64,000 nt of DNA from an uncultured delta proteobacterium (lineage in GTDB: Bacteria > Desulfobacterota > Binatia > JACPRU01). The position numbers and the translations under genes are program-made. The notes beneath the pieces are model-generated. The model ran no database searches and had not been told where the DNA came from. It worked only from the letters and a program-made list of their open reading frames with translations. The stretch is from contig CAVUWD010000011.1 of the NCBI GenBank assembly GCA_963745025.1, positions 384,001 to 448,000 of the forward strand. The letters run 5' to 3'. Positions 10,196-19,495 of this stretch are shown one piece after another (positions within the stretch are counted from its first letter, which is position 1; each line of letters begins with the position of its first letter).

Positions 10196-10633
10196 TCAGT
10201 CCGGAATCCGGACGTTGGCGGATCCGACGGCCACGGTGTCGCCCTCGCTGTCGGAAGCATCCAGCTTGACGACGACGAAGCTCTGGCCGGGACCACGGGG
10301 ATGCAGCTCGATGACCGTGCCCTCGCAGCGCACCGTCCGGCCGACCTCGACGGGCTTGGTGAACTTGCTGTCCATCCGCTGGATCCAGGCGCCCTCGGAG
10401 TACCACTCCCGGGAGACGACCGAAGCCATGAGCGACATGGTGAACATGCCGTGGCCCACCGTCTTCTCGGTCCCGAAGACCTGGGCCCGCTGGCACCACT
10501 CGACGTCGGTGTGCACGGGGTTGTAGTCGAGCGACGCCACCGCATTGCGGTCGATCACCTCCTGGGTGACCTCCTGGATGACCGGCGGCAGCCGGAACCC
10601 GACCTCCAGGTCGGAGAAGTGCAGGTTTCCCAT
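10196..10633 (-). CDS. MaoC-family (R)-specific enoyl-CoA hydratase
   Basis: Hydratase-2 motif DYNPVHTD..A...GHGM; FTKPVEVG. Confidence 0.88.
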   Translation of the reverse strand: MGNLHFSDLEVGFRLPPVIQEVTQEVIDRNAVASLDYNPVHTDVEWCQRAQVFGTEKTVGHGMFTMSLMASVVSREWYSEGAWIQRMDSKFTKPVEVGRTVRCEGTVIELHPRGPGQSFVVVKLDASDSEGDTVAVGSANVRIPD

Positions 10634-10638
10634 GGTCT

Positions 10639-11205
10639 TCACGCTCTGGCGAAGGCGAGGAGGTCCTCACGGGTGGGTGGCAGGATCAGCGTGCAGCGCC
10701 ACGAGCCCTTCTGCACGCCATCCTGATTGAAGAAATCGTGCTTGTACGTCAGGTAATGCTTGTCGCGCCGGATCCATTTGTCCCACGCGGTCTCGCGCAG
10801 CGAGATGACCTCCCCGACGCGGTAGCGCTCGAAGTTCTCCAGCGTCTGCCCCGGGTTACGAGCACCCGGTGAGCGGATCCAGTTCCCCGGTCCCGTCCCG
10901 ATGCAGTAGAAGCAGATGAGGACGGGGAACAGCGGATGGTCGAGCACCGTGCCGGTGGGCGAGTGCTTGCGGGCGTACTCCCGGTCGACGAACAACGGAT
11001 GCTGCTCGGCCACCCCGAGGTTGAAGGCGAGGAGGTCCTCCTCGGTGACCTCGAACGTGTTCTGGCCGTTGAAGGTCGCACCGATCTCGACCTCGTCCCA
11101 CACCTCGTAGTTCTCCGCACCGAGGCGGAAGTTCGTCTCGAAGCCGCGCTGCTTCGCCGTCGCGAAGTACTGCTGCAGTCGCTGCGCGGTGGATGTCGTC
11201 ATCAC
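10639..11205 (-). CDS. Hot-dog fold (MaoC N-terminal-like) protein
   Basis: VTEEDLLAF..GV...HPLFVD.EYAR pattern; adjacent to the MaoC gene. Confidence 0.7.
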   Translation of the reverse strand: MMTTSTAQRLQQYFATAKQRGFETNFRLGAENYEVWDEVEIGATFNGQNTFEVTEEDLLAFNLGVAEQHPLFVDREYARKHSPTGTVLDHPLFPVLICFYCIGTGPGNWIRSPGARNPGQTLENFERYRVGEVISLRETAWDKWIRRDKHYLTYKHDFFNQDGVQKGSWRCTLILPPTREDLLAFARA

Positions 11206-11466
11206 CGTCCCTTTCCGGGCCTCGCCGAAACACGCGCCGGAGTGCTCTCCCGGTATGCGCTCAGATGGCTAACCCATCGTCAAGCCTCGCGGCGACCAGG
11301 GCCCGCTAGGAGGTCGCCAGATGACGGCGATGGTCGTTCTTCGCAAGTCCGCAATCTTCGCCCTGTTATCTGCGAATCGCCGGGGAAGTACGCGAGCGCG
11401 AAAACCTAGCTTTGACGGCGACGCCTCGAGCGAAGTAGACGTCGGCAAGCGAAGGAGGGCTCCGCC

Positions 11467-11862
11467 ATGCAAGCTCGTCCCATCAATCCGCAAACGTGGC
11501 TTGGGGCGTTCAACGTCGACCAGGCGATCGAAGTGACCGGCGGCCAGCGCGTGCTGTACGTGTCCGGTCAGACCTCGAACGACGCAAGCGGTGCGCCGAT
11601 GTACCCATGGGATCTCGTCGCCTAGTTCGAACTGGCGTGGAAGAACCTCCTCGAGGTACTCGCCGTGGCAAGCATGGAGCCGAGGAACATCGTGCGGCTG
11701 AACTTCTACACGACCGACGTCGAAGCGTTCATGGCGAAGGCCGGCGAGATTGTGCCCGTCTTTGCGCAGGCCGGTTGCAGGCCGGTGTCGACGCTCCTCG
11801 GTGTGGCGCGCCTGTTCGAGCCGAGCATCATCATCGGGATCGAAGCGACCGCCGTCGCCTGA
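11467..11862 (+). pseudogene. RidA/YjgF family protein with in-frame TAG at 11623-11625
   Basis: RBS AGGAGG; LYVSGQ, STLLGVARL, IEATAV; same frame either side of the TAG. Confidence 0.8.
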
Positions 11863-11938
11863 AGCGGGCTTGCATTCCGCAGCTCGGGTTGCCGGCACTC
11901 ATGAGCGGTCGGCAGAAGCGCTTTAGGGAGGAAATGCG

Positions 11939-13165
11939 ATGGATAGCACCGAGAAGCTCACGCCGATGCTCGCGGACGTCCGCGTGCTCGACTTCAGCCA
12001 GTATCTCGCCGGTCCCGCCGTCACCCGCATGATGGCCGAGATGGGCGCCTACATCATCAAGGTCGAACAAGCGCCGATGGGCGATCCTTCTCGCGTCCTG
12101 CCTTTCGTCAAAGACGGCCGCAGCGGCTACTTCGTACAGCAGAACCGTGGCAAGAAGAGCCTCTGTCTCGACTTCGACAGGTCCGAGTCGATGGAACTCT
12201 TGCACTCGCTCGTCCGCACGGTCGACGTGGTGGTCGAAAACTATGGCCCGGGCGTAACCGAGAAGTTGGGCTTCGACTACGGATCGCTGACCAGGCTCAA
12301 TCCTCGAATCATAATGGTTTCGGTTTCCGCGTTCGGCCGTCGCGGCACCCTCTCCCACAAGGTCGGCTACGATTACATCGCCCAGGCCTTCTCGGGCCTG
12401 ATGCACATCACCGGCAGCCCCGACGGCCCTCCTCAGTGCGTCGGATTGCCGATCGCGGATCAGACCAGCGCGGTCCATGCCTTCGCCGCACTGGGCTACG
12501 CTTTGTATTATCGGGGAAAAACCGGGATCGGACAGCACATCGACATCTCGATGGTCGACTCGCTCTACCATCTGAACGACATGAACGTTCAGGTACACGC
12601 CTTGAGCGGCGGCAAATTCATTCCAGGCCGAATGGGGTCTCATCATGCGCTGGTCGCTCCCTTCGGCGTCTTCAAGGGGCCGCGAGGTTGGATCGTAATT
12701 TGCGCCTTGGATCGGCAGTGGGCGAACATGGTGCGAGCGATGGGACGGCCGGGGCTTGGTAGCGACCCGCGCTTCGTCACCGGCGCGGACCGGGCGAAGA
12801 ATCAGAAAGAGCTGGTCCCGATCATCGAGGCCTGGCTGCAATCATTTCAGACCGACGAGGCGGTGTTACGCGTGCTCGAGGAGAATCGCGTTCCATCGGC
12901 CCCGGTCCTCACGATCGTCGATACCCTCACCCATCCGTACTTCAAGGCGCGCGAGATGGTCCGCACGGTTCCCGATCCGCTTCTGGGCGAAGTGACGATT
13001 CCCGGTTCCCCATTCAAATTCTCGGCATTCCCGGAGCTTCCCGACATCCGAGCGCCGCTTCTGGGTGAGCATAGCGGAGAAGTATTGACGGAGGTGCTCG
13101 GCTACAGCGAAGCGCGGGTCGCGGAGCTACGGGCGAAGGGCGTTCTGTTCGCGGAGAATCGCTAG
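11939..13165 (+). CDS. CoA transferase, family III (CaiB/BaiF)
   Basis: LAGP, NRGKKS, VVENY, GYDYIAQAFSG, APLLGEHS. Confidence 0.95.
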   Translation: MDSTEKLTPMLADVRVLDFSQYLAGPAVTRMMAEMGAYIIKVEQAPMGDPSRVLPFVKDGRSGYFVQQNRGKKSLCLDFDRSESMELLHSLVRTVDVVVENYGPGVTEKLGFDYGSLTRLNPRIIMVSVSAFGRRGTLSHKVGYDYIAQAFSGLMHITGSPDGPPQCVGLPIADQTSAVHAFAALGYALYYRGKTGIGQHIDISMVDSLYHLNDMNVQVHALSGGKFIPGRMGSHHALVAPFGVFKGPRGWIVICALDRQWANMVRAMGRPGLGSDPRFVTGADRAKNQKELVPIIEAWLQSFQTDEAVLRVLEENRVPSAPVLTIVDTLTHPYFKAREMVRTVPDPLLGEVTIPGSPFKFSAFPELPDIRAPLLGEHSGEVLTEVLGYSEARVAELRAKGVLFAENR

Positions 13166-13428
13166 ATACTCGCCCCGATCAGCCGCGGCCGGCATTGACG
13201 ACCTGACCGAGCGCCGAGAACCATTCAACCGACGGAAAGAGCATCGAGATCCTCCTTGTGTGTTGGGTGCTGATTGCCAAGACCGTGGACGTCTCGGAGG
13301 CAACGGTACGGCGGATCCTGCGGTCGAGGCCGAGGAGCCTCTCGGCGATGGGCGACCTTGTGTGCGCACCTGTTGCTTGAACCCAGGGAGCGGATCTATG
13401 GGTGCTTGCGGTCCCCGAGGAACCATCC

Positions 13429-16400
13429 ATGCAGTGTACGGCCTGCGGCTTCGAGAATGTCGCCGACGCGAGCTTCTGTGGCGAATGCGCTGCGCCGCTA
13501 ACCAGTACGGTAAGCTGCCCTAGCTGCGGGCGGGCGAACCCGCCGAAGCAGAAGTTTTGTAACGGCTGTGGCCAGCCCCTGATTCGATCCGCTGACCGAG
13601 CCGCTTCGGTAGACCCGCACGCTTACACGCCGAAGCATCTCGCCGAGAAGATCCTCACGTCGCGAAGCGCGCTCGAGGGCGAGCGCAAACAGGTGACCGT
13701 ACTCTTCGCCGACGTGAAGGGGTCGATGGACCTCGCCGAGCAGGTCGACCCGGAAGAGTGGCACAAGATCATGGATCGCTTCTTCGTGATCCTCGCCGAG
13801 GGCGTGCACCGCTTCGAAGGGACGATCAACCAATTCACCGGCGACGGCATCATGGCCCTGTTCGGCGCACCAATTGCCCACGAGGACCATGCGCGGCGCG
13901 CCTGTTACGCCGCGCTCGATCTCTCGGGGGCGCTCCGCCGCTACGGCGAGGAGCTGAAGCGGACGCGCGGCCTCAGCTTCTCCGTGCGAATGGGACTGAA
14001 TTCCGGCGACGTCGTGGTGGGCAGGATCGGCGACGACCTGCGCATGGATTACACCGCGCAAGGTCACACGGTCGGCCTCGCCGCGCGCATGGAGCAGCTC
14101 GCCGGGCCCGACCGAATCTACCTGACCGAGCACACCGCTGCCCTGGTCTCCGGCTTCTTCCGGCTCCGCGACCTCGGAGGGTTCGAGCTGAAGGGGGTCC
14201 GTGAGGCGGTTCCGATCCACGAGCTCGAAGGGGTCGGACCGATCCGCACTCGTCTCGAAGCCTCGCGGGCGCGCGGCTTCTCGCGTTTCGTCGGCCGCGA
14301 CGAGGAAATGCAAGCGCTCGAGGCCGCACTCGGCCGCGCCCTCGAGGGCCAGGGCCAGCTGATCGGAATCGTGGGAGATGCGGGCGTCGGCAAGAGCCGG
14401 CTCTGCTACGAGTTCGCCGAGCGCTGCCGGGCGCGCAGTATCCGCTTCATCGCGGGACACGCGCCGCCGCACGGGAAGATGATCCCGTTGCTGCCGTGGA
14501 TCGATCTCTACCGGAACTACTTCGGGATCACCGAGGAGGACGGCGACGAGACGGCGCGCGACAAAATCGCGGGCCGGACACTGCGCCTCGACGAGAGCCT
14601 CGCTGAATCGCTGCCCGTCATGTTCGACTTTCTCGGTGTTCCCGACCCGGCTAGGCCTTCGCTGCCCATGGATCCCGAGGCCCGGCAACGTCAGCTCTTG
14701 GACCTCACTCAACGCCTGGTCCGCGCGCGGAGCCGGCGCGAGCGCACGGTCCACCTGTTCGAGGACCTTCACTGGATGGACGGCGCGAGCGAAGCATTTC
14801 TCGCGGCGATGATCGACGTGCTCGCCACGACGCGGACGCTCCTCGTCGTCACCTTCAGGCCGGAGTATCGCGCGCCGTGGATGCAGAGATCCTACTACCA
14901 GCGCCTCTCTCTCCTTCCGCTCGGCGCCGCGGAGCTCGCCGAACTGCTGGACGGCGTCCTCGGCCGCGATCCCTCGCTCAGCGGCCTCGCCGAACGGATC
15001 CGTGAGCGAACCGCCGGGAACCCGTTCTTCACCGAGGAGGTCGTGCAGTCACTGGTCGAGGCCGGCGTTCTCGTGGGTACACGGGGAGCGTATCAGCTGG
15101 TCAAGCCCGTCGAGCGGCTCGACATCCCGGCGAGCATCCATTCGATCCTCGCCGCGCGCATCGACCGTCTCGGCGAACGGGAGAAGACGGTCCTCCAGAT
15201 CGCCGCCGTGATCGGCAAGAATTTCTCCGAGCCCGTTCTTGCGCGCGTTGCAGACGTGCCCGAGGAGGAGCTCCGGGCGGCACTCCAGGAGCTCGTCGCG
15301 GCCGAGCTCGTCTACCAGGAGAGCCTCTATCCGGTCGGCGAGTACGCATTCAAACATCCGCTGACGCAAGAGGTCGCCTACCGCTCCCAGCTCGCCGAGC
15401 GGCGCGCTCGGGTCCACGACCGAGTCGCGCATGCGATCGCCGAGGCGCACGGCGACAAGCTCGACGAGCGCGCGGCGCTCCTCGCGCATCACTTCGAGGC
15501 CGCGGGCGAGAGACTGGAAGCGGCGAGATGGAACCGCCGCGCCGCCCGCTGGCTGAGATCCAGCAACCTCGCCGAGGCGTTCGCTCACTGGCGAAGAGTG
15601 GTGACCCTGCTCGAGGGCCTACCCGAATCGACCGAGACGGTTCCCCTCGCTCTTGAAGCGCGGGCCGCGGTTCTATCCCACGGCTGGCTTCTTGGCATCT
15701 CCCCGGACGAAGCCGACTCGTTCTTCGCCGAGAGCCGAGCGCTGGCTGCTCGCGCAGGCGACCTGCGGTCGGTAGCGATCCTCACGGCTCACTACGCGGG
15801 AATCAAGGCGGCACACCGAGAGATCGACGAATGCGTCCGCCTGAGCTGGGAAGCGGTGCGCATCGCGGACGAGACGGTCGACGCGGCGCTGCGCGCAGCG
15901 GTGCGGCCGCCCCTCGTGCGATCGCATCTTCTAGCGGGACGTCTGCGGGAGGCGCTGGCGCTCTCCGAGCAGGCGCTCTCCGCGATGCCAGCGGATCCCG
16001 GATTCGGGACGCTTCTCGGCTACAGTCCCTACCTCCATCTAGAGCAGCTCCGGGCAAACCTCCTGGCCTTCGCCGGACGCTGGCCTGAGGCTGCGAGCGG
16101 CTTCGAGCGGATGATCGCCGTCGCCCGCGAACACGGACATTCGACTCTGGCGGCCTCGGCGTCGAGCGACTGCGCCTGGTGGGCGGCCATCCTCGGCGAC
16201 ACGCCGACGGCGCTCATGCACGCCCGCCGCGGGCTCGAAACCGCGGAAAGGCTCGGCAGCCAGATGGCGCGTGTGTACGCGTACAACGCGCTCGGGGTCG
16301 CCGAGCTCTCCGCGGAGCGGTGGAGCGAGGCAGTGGCTGCGCTCGAGCATGCGCTTCGGATCGCGCACGAGATGCGAACCGGCGAGGAAGTAGGGGTGCT

Positions 16401-16800
16401 GACGCTCGCGCACCTGGCGGAAGCGCAGCTCGGTCGGGGCGAACCCGCCCGCGGCCGGGAGCTTGCGGAGAAGGCCGTGGCCGAGGCGTGCCGGCAGCGC
16501 ATGCTCGCGTCGGAATGCTTTGCGAGGCTCGTCCATGCCCGCGTTCTGCTCTCCAGTGCAGGGCAAGCAGCGCGCGTCGCGGCCGCGCTCGATCGAGCGC
16601 TCGCTCTCGTCGAGGAGACGGGCGCCAGGTGCTACGAGCCGTTCATCCGAGTCGAGCGGGCGAAGCTCGCGGAGCTCCTGCAGGACCATGCCGCCCGCAA
16701 GAGCGAGCTCCGCGAGGCGCACCGGCTCTTCACGGCGATGGGCGCGCCGACTTGCGCAACGCAGGCGGCCAAGGAGCTGGACCTACCTGCGCCTTCGTGA
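13429..16800 (+). CDS. Double zinc-ribbon + class III adenylate/guanylate cyclase + AAA (STAND) ATPase + TPR protein
   Basis: Four CxxC; TVLFADVKGS, FTGDG; P-loop GDAGVGKS; FEDLHW; GNPFF; FKHPL. Confidence 0.93.
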   Translation: MQCTACGFENVADASFCGECAAPLTSTVSCPSCGRANPPKQKFCNGCGQPLIRSADRAASVDPHAYTPKHLAEKILTSRSALEGERKQVTVLFADVKGSMDLAEQVDPEEWHKIMDRFFVILAEGVHRFEGTINQFTGDGIMALFGAPIAHEDHARRACYAALDLSGALRRYGEELKRTRGLSFSVRMGLNSGDVVVGRIGDDLRMDYTAQGHTVGLAARMEQLAGPDRIYLTEHTAALVSGFFRLRDLGGFELKGVREAVPIHELEGVGPIRTRLEASRARGFSRFVGRDEEMQALEAALGRALEGQGQLIGIVGDAGVGKSRLCYEFAERCRARSIRFIAGHAPPHGKMIPLLPWIDLYRNYFGITEEDGDETARDKIAGRTLRLDESLAESLPVMFDFLGVPDPARPSLPMDPEARQRQLLDLTQRLVRARSRRERTVHLFEDLHWMDGASEAFLAAMIDVLATTRTLLVVTFRPEYRAPWMQRSYYQRLSLLPLGAAELAELLDGVLGRDPSLSGLAERIRERTAGNPFFTEEVVQSLVEAGVLVGTRGAYQLVKPVERLDIPASIHSILAARIDRLGEREKTVLQIAAVIGKNFSEPVLARVADVPEEELRAALQELVAAELVYQESLYPVGEYAFKHPLTQEVAYRSQLAERRARVHDRVAHAIAEAHGDKLDERAALLAHHFEAAGERLEAARWNRRAARWLRSSNLAEAFAHWRRVVTLLEGLPESTETVPLALEARAAVLSHGWLLGISPDEADSFFAESRALAARAGDLRSVAILTAHYAGIKAAHREIDECVRLSWEAVRIADETVDAALRAAVRPPLVRSHLLAGRLREALALSEQALSAMPADPGFGTLLGYSPYLHLEQLRANLLAFAGRWPEAASGFERMIAVAREHGHSTLAASASSDCAWWAAILGDTPTALMHARRGLETAERLGSQMARVYAYNALGVAELSAERWSEAVAALEHALRIAHEMRTGEEVGVLTLAHLAEAQLGRGEPARGRELAEKAVAEACRQRMLASECFARLVHARVLLSSAGQAARVAAALDRALALVEETGARCYEPFIRVERAKLAELLQDHAARKSELREAHRLFTAMGAPTCATQAAKELDLPAPS

Positions 16801-16924
16801 CGTGCGTCAAAACTGGAAGTTCTAGTGAACGCTCGAACGGGCGCACTCTGGCAGTCCGACATAGGCTTCACACGGAAACGGCGGCGGTCGCGTTCGTCGC
16901 CGAGCTCGATGAGGATTCGGTAAG

Positions 16925-17398
16925 GTGCCCAAGGGGGGTCAGTACTTTCGCGCGAACGTAGGCGCGGTAATCTACGCGGGAGGTTGCGTGTTAGCGCTCG
17001 AGCGATCCGACGTTCCGGATGCTTGGCAAATGCCCCAAGGGGGACTCAAGCCGGGTGAGGAGCCGGTGCAGGCTGCCCTTCGCGAGATCGAGGAAGAAAC
17101 CGGGCTTCCTCGGGCAAGCCTCGAGCCGATCCGATCTTTCCCGGAGCTACTGGCCTACGAGCTTCCACCGAAACTTCGCAGCAAAAAGACAGGGCGAGGA
17201 CAAGTGCAGTACTGGTTCTTCTTTCGCCTCAACAAAGGTGCAGCCGAACCTCATCTGCCGCGCGGCGGCGAGTTCCGCGACTGGAAGTGGATGGAGTTCC
17301 CCGATCTCGTCAAGCGGACGGTCGACTTTCGCCGACCGCTGTATGTCCGCCTTGCTGAATATTTCGAGCGTGAGATCCGGGAGCGAGTGAGCGAGTGA
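16925..17398 (+). CDS. rppH: Nudix hydrolase, RNA pyrophosphohydrolase-like
   Basis: FRANVG, WQMPQGG, Nudix box AALREIEEETGL, GQVQYWF. Confidence 0.8.
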   Translation: MPKGGQYFRANVGAVIYAGGCVLALERSDVPDAWQMPQGGLKPGEEPVQAALREIEEETGLPRASLEPIRSFPELLAYELPPKLRSKKTGRGQVQYWFFFRLNKGAAEPHLPRGGEFRDWKWMEFPDLVKRTVDFRRPLYVRLAEYFEREIRERVSE

Positions 17399-17512
17399 TC
17401 ATCGATCCCAGGGTCGGCCAGCGGCACTCGGCCGGAGCAGGGTATTGGAATTGCGAGCGATCACGAGGCATCTCGGTTAGTGGAGCTACAAGAACGATGG
17501 GAGGAACGTGAA

Positions 17513-17806
17513 ATGGCGAAGGGGTACTGGGTGGTGATATACCACGCGATCAAGAATCCCGAGGCGCTCGCTGCGTACGCGAAGGTCGCGGCACCGGCGG
17601 TGCAGGCGGCGGGCGGACGGTTCATCGTGCGCGGCACGGCGGCGAAGGCGTGCGAGGGGGGCAAGGAGCTGCGCACGGTGGTGGTCGAGTTCGACAGTCT
17701 TGAGAAGGCGATAGCGGCGCACGACGGTGCAGGCTACCAGGCGGCGCTCAAGCTGCTGGGCGACGGGGCGGCGCGCGATTTCCGCATCGTCGAGGGCGCG
17801 GCTTAG
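17513..17806 (+). CDS. DUF1330 domain protein
   Basis: GGRFIVRG, RTVVVEFDS, YQAA, RDFRIVEG. Confidence 0.9.
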   Translation: MAKGYWVVIYHAIKNPEALAAYAKVAAPAVQAAGGRFIVRGTAAKACEGGKELRTVVVEFDSLEKAIAAHDGAGYQAALKLLGDGAARDFRIVEGAA

Positions 17807-18235
17807 ACCGGGGCGGCGGGCCGGTATCGGGTCACGGCTTTCCCGGGCGGAGATCCTCGCAGCGGTCTTCGGGGTCGCGGCCTTGACCTCGAGCGACGTG
17901 CGCTCGCCGAGCTCAGCGTCTTCGAGCAAGCCGCGCGCGACGGTGCGGTTGCCGTCCGAGCGGATTTCGACTACAAGCCGCGCGACTACCGGCGGCTCGT
18001 CGGCCGAGGCGAGGTCCGTGACGTGCTCGGCACGAGGAGCGAGCTGCTGCGTCGGAGGCACTTCTCCAGGTCGTGCCGCACGTCGGGGCAAATGCAACGC
18101 CGTGTTCGCGAGCCTCGTGAGCGGCACCCACAGTGAGCGGCACCCACACTTGACGGGGTATGAAAAATATCGCCAGAGGTGCGACCTCCCAGGTTGCCGC
18201 TTGGAGACGTGCCGTCGGGCGGGTATAAGCGCTCC

Positions 18236-18622
18236 ATGGAGCTTTCGTCGGAGCTTTCGTCGCTTTCCGATCTTCGCGGGGACGAGCGGCTCGCGCTGGT
18301 CGCTCTGCTGAAGGTCGCGGTCGTCGCCGACGGCAGCGTCTCGGACGAAGAAGTTGAGGAGATTGGTGACGTCGTCGAAGCTTTCGGGGAGCGCGAGTAC
18401 CGAGAACTCGTCGACGAGGTATCGCGGCGCTTCCAGAGCCAGGACGACCTGAAGACCTTCCTCGAGACAATCGAGCGACCCGAGGCACGCGAGCTGATCT
18501 ACTGCTTTTTCCTCGAGGAGGCAGCCCCCGAAGCGCTTCGGGGTCGCGAGTCGGAGCTGGTCGCTTGGCTCGCAGACGCATGGAAGATCGAGGTCGAGAT
18601 CGACGACGGCGAGGCGCGCTAA
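18236..18622 (+). CDS. Acidic TerB-like hypothetical protein
   Basis: ADGSVSDEEVEEI resembles the TerB metal-binding motif. Confidence 0.6.
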   Translation: MELSSELSSLSDLRGDERLALVALLKVAVVADGSVSDEEVEEIGDVVEAFGEREYRELVDEVSRRFQSQDDLKTFLETIERPEARELIYCFFLEEAAPEALRGRESELVAWLADAWKIEVEIDDGEAR

Positions 18623-18692
18623 CGACCTTTTGTCCAGGGTTGTTTCGCGGGCCGGCGGACCGGGGGCTGCGGTCACCTGTCCATCAGCATTA

Positions 18693-18719
18693 GTCGGCGG
18701 AGCCGTGCGCTCCGCCGGC
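18693..18719. terminator. GC-rich hairpin between convergent genes
   Basis: GTCGGCGGAGC-cgtgc-GCTCCGCCGGC; no clear U-tract. Confidence 0.35.
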
Positions 18720-18764
18720 GCGTAAACTGACTGCGCTCGCTACATTTTGAGGCCGGTTCTAGTT

Positions 18765-19361
18765 CTAGTCCGTCAGACCAACAAATCCTGGCAGGCCACG
18801 CACCCGCTCAAGCCAACCTTCGATGGCGTCGTATCCCTTCAAACTGATATCTCCGTCACCACATTGCGAAAGCGCCGGGAATGCCGCAACATCCGCGACA
18901 GTTGGGTGATCCTGCGCAATCCACTGGCGGTTCTTAAGTCGATCATCATAGAGGTTCAGCGCGATGTCACTGCGTTGCCGCACCGTGTTCACATTCACAC
19001 ACAGTGACGGAAAATGTTTTGCCAGTCGCGCGTCGTAAGGCCCCAGTCGAAGTTCGTACGCGGCGGCCGCGAGCCAAGCATTCACGACAGCTTCCTGATC
19101 AGGATCACGAGGCATCCAGGAATCATTTCCGTACTTCCGGGCCAGCCATACCAGGATTGCTTGAGAATCGCGGAGCGCCAGCGAACCTTCCGTCAATACA
19201 GGGACTTCTCCGAAAGGGTTGAGCGCGAGGAATGACGTGGTCTTCTGCTCACCATTCAAAAGATCGATCGGCCTCCGCTGATATTCGACGCCGAGTAGCG
19301 AAAGTAGCAGCCTGACCTTATAGCAATTGAGCGACAGCGGCAGGTTGTATAAGGTAATCAT
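18765..19361 (-). CDS. Glutathione S-transferase family protein
   Basis: SLNCYKVRLLL, LNPFGEVPVL, DSQAILVWLA, PTVADVA. Confidence 0.93.
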   Translation of the reverse strand: MITLYNLPLSLNCYKVRLLLSLLGVEYQRRPIDLLNGEQKTTSFLALNPFGEVPVLTEGSLALRDSQAILVWLARKYGNDSWMPRDPDQEAVVNAWLAAAAYELRLGPYDARLAKHFPSLCVNVNTVRQRSDIALNLYDDRLKNRQWIAQDHPTVADVAAFPALSQCGDGDISLKGYDAIEGWLERVRGLPGFVGLTD

Positions 19362-19495
19362 TTGCTTCCTGTTTTCGTGCGTGGCCCGACCTCGCCTCGC
19401 CAGTGTCCTCCGAGACCCACGAACGCCGTCTTCGAAGATCTCGCCGAGCCCCTTGCTCGAGAATCGGGTACAGGAACCGTCGGTCAGGACCTGCG

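Noticed and set aside
18615-18760. Integron attC sites after short genes
   Set aside because: No matched RYYYAAC/GTTRRRY cores with proper dyads, and no integron integrase in the window
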